Shown piece by piece: positions 1 through 8,790 of a stretch of DNA of 64,000 bases. This stretch comes from Hyalangium minutum (GTDB lineage: Bacteria > Myxococcota > Myxococcia > Myxococcales > Myxococcaceae), in assembly GCF_000737315.1 (NCBI RefSeq), contig NZ_JMCB01000020.1:166253-230252 (forward strand), given 5' to 3'. The position numbers were made by a program, and so were the translations under genes. A model generated the notes under the pieces. The model searched no databases and was not told the DNA's origin. It saw only the letters and a list, made by a program, of their open reading frames with translations. How positions within the stretch are numbered: position 1 is the first letter of the stretch; each line of letters starts with the position of its first letter.

Positions 1-107
1 TCGAACTCGAGGGGCAGCTTGAGCGCCTCGAGAACCCGGATGGTGGCCGCCATGACCTCGGGGCCGATGCCGTCGCCATTGATGATTGTAACCGTGCGGT
101 TCGCCAT
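1..107 (-). CDS. Isocitrate/isopropylmalate dehydrogenase family protein, 5' end (runs off window)
   Basis: Manual translation from ATG at 107: MANRTVTIINGDGIGPEVMAATIRVLEAL; GDGIGPEV is the family N-terminal motif. Confidence 0.85.
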   Translation of the reverse strand, partial: MANRTVTIINGDGIGPEVMAATIRVLEALKLPLEF

Positions 108-194
108 GGGCCGGATTCAAGGCACAAAAGCCCGGGGCTCGAAAGCAGGAAAAGGCCCCCGCCTCGCCCGCACTGATGGAAACCACAAGCAGCC

Positions 195-989
195 CTAGTG
201 GGTCGAAGGGATGATGGGTGGGGGGCGGCCGGACGGCGGCGCGGGAGGCTGGTCAGGCCGGGTGCGGCGGGGCCGGCGCACGGCATAGGGCCGGTAGAAC
301 GACTCCAAGAGCGTATAGCGGCGGGTTCTGTGGCGTGGGCGCAGCTCGCCCAGCGGAGCGCGGACGAAGTACGAGGAGATGAAGAGGTAGGCCGCCAGCA
401 GGGACAGCACCGCGACGATGATCATGATCACGCTGCCCGGCATCGGGCCGACGTGGGCCCGGTCCACGAACTCGCGGAAGGTGACCGGCGGCTGCGGGTG
501 GCTGTAGACCTTCACGAACCAGCTCAGCAGCAGGACGATGAGGATGGGCCCGTACGTGCGGTTGAGCCGCGTGGAGATGGCGGAGAACAGCGACAGGTGG
601 ATCTGCGGCCGTGACAGCTCCACGGCCAGCTCGCGCAGGGCGTCTGGATCCACCGGCTCGTGGCGCAGCATGGGCGCCCAGTAGCCATCCTCGAGCAGGC
701 GGACGCGCCGGTTCCACAAGTCGTAGTAGCGGTAGCGGCGCGCCTCGACCATGAGGAAGGAGATCACCATCCAGATGCCCACCAGGAATGTCACGTGGGG
801 GCTGGAGGCGTTGGCGAAGCCGAAGGAGATCACCGCCGCCGTGGTGGTGAGCGCCCAGTTCGTCGTGGTGTCGAGGCGCGTGCGCCACTTGTCCGAGCGG
901 CTGAGCTCCCCCCGGTAAAGCTGGGCCATGGCCGCGTCCGAGAGGTTGAGCGACTCGAGCCCGTTCTTGTCCCGTCCATTGACTCGCAT
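195..989 (-). CDS. DUF2270 family membrane protein
   Basis: LYRGELSRSDKWRTRLDTTTNWA motif plus several TM helices; start moved to ATG 989 (MRVNGRD). Confidence 0.8.
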   Translation of the reverse strand: MRVNGRDKNGLESLNLSDAAMAQLYRGELSRSDKWRTRLDTTTNWALTTTAAVISFGFANASSPHVTFLVGIWMVISFLMVEARRYRYYDLWNRRVRLLEDGYWAPMLRHEPVDPDALRELAVELSRPQIHLSLFSAISTRLNRTYGPILIVLLLSWFVKVYSHPQPPVTFREFVDRAHVGPMPGSVIMIIVAVLSLLAAYLFISSYFVRAPLGELRPRHRTRRYTLLESFYRPYAVRRPRRTRPDQPPAPPSGRPPPIIPSTH

Positions 990-1108
990 TCCTAACCGGA
1001 AAGGTAAGGGTGCCAGCCGAGAACGTGCCGCCAGCCGGGAGTAGCTTGGCTGCCTGCCTGCTCGGGGGTGGCCTCGCCCGCCTGCCGTGGCCACCTTGCT
1101 GTCCTGAC

Positions 1109-3160
1109 GTGACACCGAACGAGACCATCGACACGCTGGCGGAGCTGGTCCAGGAGGAGCGCGAGCGTTTGACGCGCCTGTGGGCCAAGCGCCTCCGCGA
1201 AGAGCTGTACGAGATAGACCTCCCGGGCCGGGATCTGCGCGCACCGCTGCGGCGGCTGATCGATGAGCTTGCCCGCCTGCTGAGCGATCGGCCGGATGAG
1301 GTGCTGCGGCTGTGGCCCGAGGTGGTGCGGGCCCACGGGGCCTTCCGGTACGACCAGCGCTTCGAGCCCGAGGACCTGGTGCGCGAGTTCAAGGCGCTGG
1401 AGGAGGTGCTGCTGCGCGTCTACTCCCGCCGCCACGAGGGCCGGCTGGAGCCGGAGGTGGCCGAGTTCATCACCGAGCTGGTGGGCGAGGCCAACGCCTC
1501 GGCGCAGGCCTCGTATGCGCGCGTGCTGAGGACGGAGGAGGTGCGTTTCCGCGAGGCGGCGGTGATGGAGTCCATCCTCTACCACATGGATGTGGGCATC
1601 CTGCTGGCGGAGGTGGATGGGAGCGTGTCCTTCGCCACTCAGCCGGTGAGCAGGCTGATGGGGGTGCCCATGCGCTCGGTGGTGGGGGCGCGCACGGCGA
1701 ACTCGCTGGCGCCGGTGCTGGCGCAGGTGCGCGCGCACCACCCCTCGGGGGAACCGTTCAAGGTGACGGACCTGCCCTTCATGCGGGCGCTCCAGGAGCG
1801 CGGGCCGGTGCGTGGAGTGATGATGGTGGTGGAGCGGCCCGGAGGCGGAGAGGCCTGGCTGGAGATGAGCGCCACGCCCATCTGGGAGGAGGGCGGCGAG
1901 CTGGCCGGCGTCATCCAGACGCTCACGGATCGCACCGAGGCGGCCACGAAGACGCGGGAGCTGACGAACGCGCAAGACGAGCTGCGGCGGCTGCAGGGGC
2001 GGCTGCTGCAGCGCACCCGGGCGCAGGCGCTGGGGCAGCTGGCCAGCGGGGCGGCGCACGCGCTCAACAACTTCCTCAACGTGCTGCGCCTGCGCATCAC
2101 CCTGCTGCGGCGCGAGTTCAAGCCCGAGCACCTGGACGCGCTGGACCGGACGGTGGGGCAGATTGGCGAGCTGGTGGGGCGGCTGCAGGAGTTCAACGTG
2201 CAGCGCACCGAGGAGGTGCTGAAGGACGTGCCCCTCGATGCGGTGGTGCGCGAGGCGCTGGAGTTGGTGCGCGGCGAACTGGAGCGGGGAGGGCATCCGG
2301 TGGCGGTGGATCTGCACCTGGGAGATCCGGGCATGGTGCATGCCGATACCGGCTTCCTGCGCGAGCTGGTGGTGAGCCTGCTGCTGGCGGCCCGGGACCG
2401 GATGCAGCAGGGTGGCCGGTTGGATCTCACCACGCAGGCGGAGGGCACGGATCGCGTCACCTTGCGCATCCAGGACGAGGGCCCGCCCTATGCGGTGGAG
2501 GAGCTGTCGAGGTTGTTCGATCCGCTCAACCGGGAGGCGGGGGCGCCTCAGGTGGCCTTGCAGCTGGCGGTGGTGCGGGCCCAGGTGCAGCGCTGGGGCG
2601 GTGAACTGACGGTGGAGAATTCGCAGAGCGGGACGGGCGGCGCCTTCGTGGTGCGGCTGCCTCGCGCGAAGGCCGCGCATGAGCAGGAGCCCCGTCCCGA
2701 GGCGGTGACGACGGGGCCACGCCGCTTCCAGCAGACGCGCCGCGTGCTGGTGGTGGACGACGACATGGACAACGCGCGGATGCTGGCGGAGGTGCTCGGG
2801 GACGAGGGCTATGACGTGCAGGTGGCCCAGAGCGCGGAGGTGGCGCTGCAGCTGTGGGAGCGCCGCCGCTACGACGCGGCCCTGCTGGACGCGCTGATGC
2901 CAGACAAGACCGGCTGGGAGCTCGCGAAGGAGCTGCGCCAGCGGACGCCGCAGGCCCTGCTGGCCATCGTCACCGGCATGGACGTCCGGGGGCAGAGCCG
3001 CGCCACGCTGGCGCTCGTGGACGCGGTGTTCCGGAAGCCGATCGACGTGGGCGCGCTGGACGAGTTCCTCTCTCAGTCGGAGACGCCCGCCACCCCCTCC
3101 GAGCCGTCTGCTCCGGCGTCCGGTGGGGAGAAGGTTGGGGAGGGCCCGTTGACCCATTAG
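1109..3160 (+). CDS. Hybrid sensor protein (RsbRD-N-like, PAS, HisKA, degenerate HATPase, C-terminal receiver)
   Basis: H-box ASGAAHALNN; receiver LVVDDD...LLDALMP...FRKP; ATP-binding boxes degenerate; GTG 1109 chosen as start. Confidence 0.8.
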   Translation: MTPNETIDTLAELVQEERERLTRLWAKRLREELYEIDLPGRDLRAPLRRLIDELARLLSDRPDEVLRLWPEVVRAHGAFRYDQRFEPEDLVREFKALEEVLLRVYSRRHEGRLEPEVAEFITELVGEANASAQASYARVLRTEEVRFREAAVMESILYHMDVGILLAEVDGSVSFATQPVSRLMGVPMRSVVGARTANSLAPVLAQVRAHHPSGEPFKVTDLPFMRALQERGPVRGVMMVVERPGGGEAWLEMSATPIWEEGGELAGVIQTLTDRTEAATKTRELTNAQDELRRLQGRLLQRTRAQALGQLASGAAHALNNFLNVLRLRITLLRREFKPEHLDALDRTVGQIGELVGRLQEFNVQRTEEVLKDVPLDAVVREALELVRGELERGGHPVAVDLHLGDPGMVHADTGFLRELVVSLLLAARDRMQQGGRLDLTTQAEGTDRVTLRIQDEGPPYAVEELSRLFDPLNREAGAPQVALQLAVVRAQVQRWGGELTVENSQSGTGGAFVVRLPRAKAAHEQEPRPEAVTTGPRRFQQTRRVLVVDDDMDNARMLAEVLGDEGYDVQVAQSAEVALQLWERRRYDAALLDALMPDKTGWELAKELRQRTPQALLAIVTGMDVRGQSRATLALVDAVFRKPIDVGALDEFLSQSETPATPSEPSAPASGGEKVGEGPLTH

Positions 3161-3169
3161 AGTCGTGCC

Positions 3170-4417
3170 GTGAGCGCCAACCTGGAGAGCATTCGCCGCA
3201 AGGTGGAGGCGGGCGAGGTCTTGAGTGACGCGGAGCTGACCGCGCTGCGCGACGTAGCCGCGGGCAGTGAGGGCCCCACGCTGTGGCTGGCGGTGGCGCA
3301 CGCGCTCGTCAACGCAGGGGCCGAGCGCGAGGCGCTGCCCCTGATGGAGCGGCTGCGGCGGGACTTCCCTCAAGACTTGCAGGTGCGGCTGGGGCTGGCG
3401 CGGGCGCTGCTTGGGCTGGAGCGGCACGGAGACGCAGAGGAGGTGCTGCGCGAGGCGCTGGTTCTCAGCCCGGGAGACCCCGAGGCAGTGAAAGTGCTGG
3501 CGGTGCTCGCACTGCGCCGGGGCGAGAAGGGCCGCGCACAGCAGTACGTGACGGACGTGCTGGAGCGGGATCCGTTTGATCCGGAGGCGCGGCTCCTGAA
3601 GGAAGAGCTGGAGGCGGTGGAGCTGCCCTCGCACGCGCCCGTCGAGGAGCAGGTGCTGCGCCCGGAGTTCAACGCGGCGCTGGCCGCGGCCCTGCGCAGG
3701 GCGGGCCTCCAGTTCCGCCTGCAGGGACGGGATGTGCTGGTGAAGCTGTCCTCGGGCGAGGTGGCGCGGGTGAATGTGGCCTCGCTCTACTCGGCCTATC
3801 AGGGGGGGAAGCGCGGGCTGACGGAGTACGTGGAGAAGCTGGCCGCGCAGATCGGCGGCATGCGCACGGAGCTGGGAGAGGACGCCACGCCCCTGTTGCG
3901 CCGGCTGCGCCCCGTGCTCCGGCCCAGCGGCTTCGAGGCCCAGGCGGTGGGCTCGCTGCACCGCGCGGGGCCCGCGGGGCTCGAGGTGTTCTACGTGCTG
4001 GAGGATCCGGAGTACGTGCGCTACCTGCCCGAGTCGGCCTTGAAGGCCATGGGGCTGACGGTGGAGGCGGCGGACAGCGCCGCGTGGAGCCACCTGGAGG
4101 CGAGCCCTGCCCCCGTGCGTCCGGTGGTGGTGGACCGGGGCGTGGTGCGGCTGGCGGAGACGTTCAGCGGACTCTGGGCCGTGGCGGAGGGAGACGGGCA
4201 TGACGCGGCGCGACTGCTCACCTCGGAGCAGCGGCGGCGTCTGGCGCTCCAAGCAGGGGAGGGGGCTCTTCGTGTGAATCTCGGCTGGCGGGAATTCGCG
4301 CTCCTCTGCCGCGAGTCGGACGCAGCCGAGTGTGAGGCGCTCTCGAAGCTGGGACACGCCCCGGACGGCATCCCCGGCGTGTTTCGCCTCTCTGCTGAGG
4401 GACTGACCAAGCTCTGA
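3170..4417 (+). CDS. TPR-repeat protein with C-terminal domain of unknown function
   Basis: Helical TPR-like repeats in the N-terminal ~150 aa; directly downstream of the sensor gene; strong GC3 bias. Confidence 0.7.
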   Translation: MSANLESIRRKVEAGEVLSDAELTALRDVAAGSEGPTLWLAVAHALVNAGAEREALPLMERLRRDFPQDLQVRLGLARALLGLERHGDAEEVLREALVLSPGDPEAVKVLAVLALRRGEKGRAQQYVTDVLERDPFDPEARLLKEELEAVELPSHAPVEEQVLRPEFNAALAAALRRAGLQFRLQGRDVLVKLSSGEVARVNVASLYSAYQGGKRGLTEYVEKLAAQIGGMRTELGEDATPLLRRLRPVLRPSGFEAQAVGSLHRAGPAGLEVFYVLEDPEYVRYLPESALKAMGLTVEAADSAAWSHLEASPAPVRPVVVDRGVVRLAETFSGLWAVAEGDGHDAARLLTSEQRRRLALQAGEGALRVNLGWREFALLCRESDAAECEALSKLGHAPDGIPGVFRLSAEGLTKL

Positions 4418-4475
4418 GCGGGGCTCAGAGGCCGCGGCGGTGGGTTACACTCGGGAAAGACAAAGGAGCCGCCCC

Positions 4476-5552
4476 ATGCATGAGCGTCTGTTACCGCCCT
4501 CCGCCGCTCCCAACGCGTGGGAGACCGTCCCTGACGCCGAGCAGAACTTCACCGTCTCCGTGCCGCGAGGCTGGCGGAGCCGGGCCTGGGTTCAGAGCAA
4601 CGGGACCATCCCCGTGCAGCTCGTGAAGACCGAGAGTCCGGACGGAGAGACGTCGCTGTTCTTGGGCGATCCGACGATTCCCCAGTTCATGGATCCCGCC
4701 GCGGTGGTGTTCAGCCCACCTCCGGGAGTGGTGGTCCGGCCGTACATCTCCATCGAGCACTTCCTGCCCTTCTATGCGCAGCAGCGCTTTGGCGGACTGC
4801 CCGGCTTCAAGATGGGCTCGATGGCGCCGTCGCCGGAGCTGTTCCAGCTGCTGCTGCAGTCGGCCCAGCGCACGGGCGCGCAGGTGGGAATCACAGCGGG
4901 CCGGTTCACCTTCTCGTTCGATGAGGGTCCTCGCCGGGTGCAGGCACTCCTCTTTGGCGCCTGTACGAACTTTGGGCCAATCTGGTTCGCCGAAGTGTAC
5001 GGCGTCTCCACGGTGGGACAGGCCGAGGCCTTTGCCCCGGCGCTGCTGGAGATGCTGGCCTCGCGGCGGACGAACCCGGCCGTCATCCGGCGCCTGCAGG
5101 AGGAGCGCGCGCGGTCAGCGGCGCAGCACCAGGCCACCATGGCGATGATCAACCAGAACACCGCCTTCCTTCAGTCCCAACACCAGCAGAACATGTCGGC
5201 CCTGCGGGGCATGGCGGCGAGCCACCAGGCCCATATGGACTCGCTCCACGCGAGCCACGATGCGCACAACGCCGCCTGGCAGAGCCAGCAGGCGGCACAG
5301 TCCGCGGCCCACTCCGCCTACATGCACAGCCACAGCTCCGATGACTCGCACCGCCGCTCCATCAACGCCATCACCGAGGAGCGCACCGTGATGGACAGAG
5401 AGGGCAACACCTATCAGGTGGCCGACGGCTACGACCGTTACTTCCGCCGCCGCTCGGACGGCGCGTGGATTGGCACCCCCGCTCACCGCGACCTGCGCGA
5501 CATCCCCGGGGTGAATCCCGACGACTACGAAGAGGTGAAGATCAAGGTGTAG
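4476..5552 (+). CDS. Hypothetical protein with His/Gln/Ala/Ser-rich helical segment
   Basis: GGAG RBS before ATG 4476; typical codon bias; segment ASHQAHMDSLHASHDAHNAAW. Confidence 0.7.
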   Translation: MHERLLPPSAAPNAWETVPDAEQNFTVSVPRGWRSRAWVQSNGTIPVQLVKTESPDGETSLFLGDPTIPQFMDPAAVVFSPPPGVVVRPYISIEHFLPFYAQQRFGGLPGFKMGSMAPSPELFQLLLQSAQRTGAQVGITAGRFTFSFDEGPRRVQALLFGACTNFGPIWFAEVYGVSTVGQAEAFAPALLEMLASRRTNPAVIRRLQEERARSAAQHQATMAMINQNTAFLQSQHQQNMSALRGMAASHQAHMDSLHASHDAHNAAWQSQQAAQSAAHSAYMHSHSSDDSHRRSINAITEERTVMDREGNTYQVADGYDRYFRRRSDGAWIGTPAHRDLRDIPGVNPDDYEEVKIKV

Positions 5553-5630
5553 CCCGCCCTTTCTCCTCGCTGCGTGACCGGACAGGTCCCAGGCGCTCCG
5601 CGTGCTAGCGTTGAAAGTCTGGAGGAGTGG

Positions 5631-6389
5631 ATGCGCTTCGAAGGAAAGTCGGCCTTGATCACCGGGGCCAGCGAGGGAATTGGGTTCGCGATCGCGGCGG
5701 GCCTGGTCAAGGAGGGCGCGCGGGTGGTGATGGTCGCCCGGCGCGAGGAGGTGCTCGCGGAGGCCGCGCGCAAGCTGGGGCCCAACGCGTCGTATCTCGT
5801 GGGAGATGTGGCGAGCACGGAGACGGCCGAGCGCGCGGTCGAGGCTGCCGTGAGCCGCCACGGAGGGTTGGACCTGCTCGTGAACAACGCGGGCATCCTG
5901 CGCCCCGGGACGGTGGCGGAGCTGTCCATGGAAGACGTGGACGCGATGCTCGCCGTGAACCTGCGCTCGGCGGTGGCGTTCACCCACTCGGCCGTGAAGC
6001 CCCTGAGCCAGCGGAAGGGCGCGGCCATCCTGATGATCTCATCCGCCGTGGGGCGCATCCCCCTGCCGGGCATGTCCGTCTACGGCGCCACGAAGGCGGC
6101 GATGCAGCACCTGACCCTGACCTGGGCCATCGAGCTCGCGGAGAAGGGGATTCGTGTGAACTGCTTGTGCCCGGGGGCCATCGAGACTCCCGCCTTCCGT
6201 GCGGCGGCTCAGCAGATTCCACACCTGGAGCAGTGGACGCTCGCCAACAGCCTGATCAAGCGCATGGCGCCCGCCGAGGAGCTGGCGCGGCATGCCTTGA
6301 CGCTGCTGGACGAGAAGGAGGGCGGGTTCGTCACGGGCGCCGTCTGGGATGTGGACGGCGGCTACCAGCTCCAGCGCTTCCTGGGGTGA
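5631..6389 (+). CDS. SDR family oxidoreductase
   Basis: TGASEGIG, NNAG, YGATK, NCLCPG motifs; GGAGGAG RBS. Confidence 0.92.
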   Translation: MRFEGKSALITGASEGIGFAIAAGLVKEGARVVMVARREEVLAEAARKLGPNASYLVGDVASTETAERAVEAAVSRHGGLDLLVNNAGILRPGTVAELSMEDVDAMLAVNLRSAVAFTHSAVKPLSQRKGAAILMISSAVGRIPLPGMSVYGATKAAMQHLTLTWAIELAEKGIRVNCLCPGAIETPAFRAAAQQIPHLEQWTLANSLIKRMAPAEELARHALTLLDEKEGGFVTGAVWDVDGGYQLQRFLG

Positions 6390-6430
6390 GGGAAGCCTTG
6401 CTCGCTCACCGGGGGGCTCCTGCTCGGAGC

Positions 6431-6727
6431 CTACTGCTGCGTGCAGCAGGTCCAGGTGATGGTGTGGTAGGTGCTCGCGGAACACTGCCCCAACAGGTTG
6501 TAGCTCTGGCGGTACTCGTTGGCCTGACACGTGGCCAGCCCCAGCAGGTTCATTTCGTGGACACAGGACGCGAACTGGCGCGCGTCACTCCGGCAGGTCT
6601 CCAGCGCGCTCTTCTCCTGCGCCAGCGCCTCCGTTCCCTGCGCCTCCTCGACTCCGCCGCAGGCCGTCATCAGCAACAGCCCTCCTACCAGCGCACCCCG
6701 CGTCATCCTCTGAAAAGCGTTCTTCAT
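6431..6727 (-). CDS. Small Cys-rich lipoprotein (98 aa)
   Basis: Signal peptide with lipobox LMTAC; six further Cys; GAGGAG RBS. Confidence 0.75.
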   Translation of the reverse strand: MKNAFQRMTRGALVGGLLLMTACGGVEEAQGTEALAQEKSALETCRSDARQFASCVHEMNLLGLATCQANEYRQSYNLLGQCSASTYHTITWTCCTQQ

Positions 6728-6865
6728 GGCGAGCTCTCCTCTGCTGCGAACGGTCTGCAATGAGAATGGAAATCCATGTTAATCAATAAAAACAAGAAAA
6801 ATAAGTCCAGGGGGCGTTCTCGGGCACCTGCCGCAGGAAGCGCTGACGGGCCACCTTGTCCGGGG

Positions 6866-6895
6866 TGTCCTGCGCGCGCTCGCGCACGCAGGACA
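6866..6895. promoter_or_regulatory. Inverted repeat TGTCCTGCG-N12-CGCAGGACA, candidate activator binding site
   Basis: Perfect 9-bp arms in the divergent intergenic region between the lipoprotein and the sigma54 activator. Confidence 0.4.
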
Positions 6896-7029
6896 ACGCA
6901 TGGAGCGGAGTCCAGAGTGACGCCCCACAGCAGGCGGGGCCCCGCAGCAGGTTGCCGCACACTTGAGGGACTGGGAGTGACATCCTGGGGATTCGTTTTC
7001 GAGGAACCCGTACCCCTTGAGGAGGGGAG

Positions 7030-8781
7030 ATGTCCGAGGAACTCCAGGCCCTGGCGTCCGCGCTGCATGCGGCCAGGCACTTCGAGCAGGCTGCGCTCGC
7101 CACGCTCCATCCCTTGCTGCGGATGGCCGAGCAGGCGCTGCAAGCCAGCCGCTTCGCTGGCAAGGGCCGCCTGCTGCGAGGCATGGTGCACCTGCGGCCC
7201 GCGGAGTCCTACCGGCGGTTGGTGGCGCTGGAGCGCGAGGCGCTGGACACCCCCGCTCCGAGCGAGGATTCGCTGCTGCTGGCCGATGGCCCTCGGGTGT
7301 CGTTGCTGGCCTCGGCCTCCGCGTGGCGTGCGGTGGTGGAGCACGGCTGCGCGGTCTCCATCGACGTGGGCCAGGGGACGCTGCAGCCCCACGAGGGGCC
7401 CGCACGGAGCCTCTCCGCGCCCAGCCTGGTGACGGCCTTCACTCAGGAGAGCCAGCAGCGGCTGTTGAGCCGTGAGGCCACCCACGTCTGCGTCTTCCCG
7501 CTGCGCGTGCCGGGCGAGCGCATCGACGGGATGATCGCGCTGGAGGCCAGCTGCATGGCCGCGCTCGGCCAGGAGTTCATCTGGAGAGAGGCGAGTCCCC
7601 GGCTGCAGCTCATCGTGGACATGGCCGCCCCCTACCTGTCGGCCCTGCCCCCTCGCCCCGTGAAGCTCCCGGAGACGGACGAGTTCCTTCCCGTGGTGGG
7701 CTCGTCCATGGCCAACCTCGTCGGGGTGCTCCGCATCTTCGCGCAGCAGGATGAGACGATCCTGGTCAGCGGTCCCACGGGCGCTGGCAAGTCCCGGCTG
7801 GCCCGTTGGTGCCACGAGCGCTCCGCCCGCAGGCAGCGCCGCTTCGAGAGCCTTGATTTGATGACGGTCCCCGAGGAGCTTCAGATGTCCGAGCTCTTCG
7901 GCTGGCGCAAGGGAGCGTTCTCGGGCGCGGTGAAGGACAACCCCGGCTGTCTGGCGCGGGCCGAGGGCGGCACGCTGTTCATCGACGAGATCGACAAGCT
8001 GTCGCTCAAGGCGCAGGCGGGGCTGCTGCATGTGCTGGAGGACCGCACCTACCGCGCGCTGGGCGATGCGGGGAGCGAGCAGCGGGCCAACGTGCGCTTC
8101 ATCGTGGGCACCAACGCGGATCTGCTCGACGCGGTTCGCAGAGGCACCTTCCGGGAGGACCTCTACTACCGCATCAACGTGCTGCCCGTGCGGGTGCCTC
8201 CGCTGGACGAGCGCCGGGACGAGGTGGGCCCGTGGGCGCGCTACATGCTGGCGCGGCACCACCGGGAGAAGAACCCTGCGGGGGTGGCGCGGCTGGCCTC
8301 GGAAGCCGAGCAGCGGCTGGAGCAGAGCCCCTGGCCCGGTAACTTGCGGCAGCTCGACAACATCATCCGCCGCGCCTACACGCTCGCCATGGTGGAGCTG
8401 GGTGGCGCCAGCCAGGAGCTGGAGCTGCGAGAGGCCCACATCCGGCAGGCGCTGGCGTACGAGGGCGGGGCGCAGAGCTCCGCGCTGGTGGATGCGCTGT
8501 CCCTGGCCGCGCGAGCCTTCGTGCTCGAGGCGCAGCGCCGCCAGGCTCCGCTCGACATCGACTTGGCGGAGAGCTTCCGAGGTTTCGTGCTGGCCGAGGC
8601 CGTGCAGCAGGTGGGGCGCGAGGAGGCCTTCAAGCTGGTGGGGCGCGAATCCTTGGTGCGGAGCCGCAACCACCTCAAGGCGCTGCGGCAGGAGCTGAAG
8701 AAGGCGGAGGCGCTGTGCGCCGAGGTGAAGCAGCCGGTCCCGGCCTCGCTGAGCAAGGCCGGGAGCGACGAGGCTTCGTGA
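7030..8781 (+). CDS. Sigma54-interacting AAA+ transcriptional regulator (bEBP) with GAF-like N-terminus
   Basis: Walker A GPTGAGKS, ELFG..GAFSGA, Walker B LFIDEID, FREDLYYRINV, WPGNLRQL. Confidence 0.88.
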   Translation: MSEELQALASALHAARHFEQAALATLHPLLRMAEQALQASRFAGKGRLLRGMVHLRPAESYRRLVALEREALDTPAPSEDSLLLADGPRVSLLASASAWRAVVEHGCAVSIDVGQGTLQPHEGPARSLSAPSLVTAFTQESQQRLLSREATHVCVFPLRVPGERIDGMIALEASCMAALGQEFIWREASPRLQLIVDMAAPYLSALPPRPVKLPETDEFLPVVGSSMANLVGVLRIFAQQDETILVSGPTGAGKSRLARWCHERSARRQRRFESLDLMTVPEELQMSELFGWRKGAFSGAVKDNPGCLARAEGGTLFIDEIDKLSLKAQAGLLHVLEDRTYRALGDAGSEQRANVRFIVGTNADLLDAVRRGTFREDLYYRINVLPVRVPPLDERRDEVGPWARYMLARHHREKNPAGVARLASEAEQRLEQSPWPGNLRQLDNIIRRAYTLAMVELGGASQELELREAHIRQALAYEGGAQSSALVDALSLAARAFVLEAQRRQAPLDIDLAESFRGFVLAEAVQQVGREEAFKLVGRESLVRSRNHLKALRQELKKAEALCAEVKQPVPASLSKAGSDEAS

Positions 8782-8790
8782 GCGGAGGGA

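Noticed and set aside
992-4357. 1121-aa minus-strand ORF
   Set aside because: Antisense shadow of the sensor and TPR genes; high GC suppresses stops and it has no motifs
6711-6726. cre-like TGAAAAGCGTTCTTCA
   Set aside because: Lies inside the coding sequence (MKNAFQ); likely chance
6755-6780. Sigma54 promoter for the small lipoprotein (TGGA...TTGCA on the minus strand)
   Set aside because: GG-to-GC gap is 15 nt rather than the required 10
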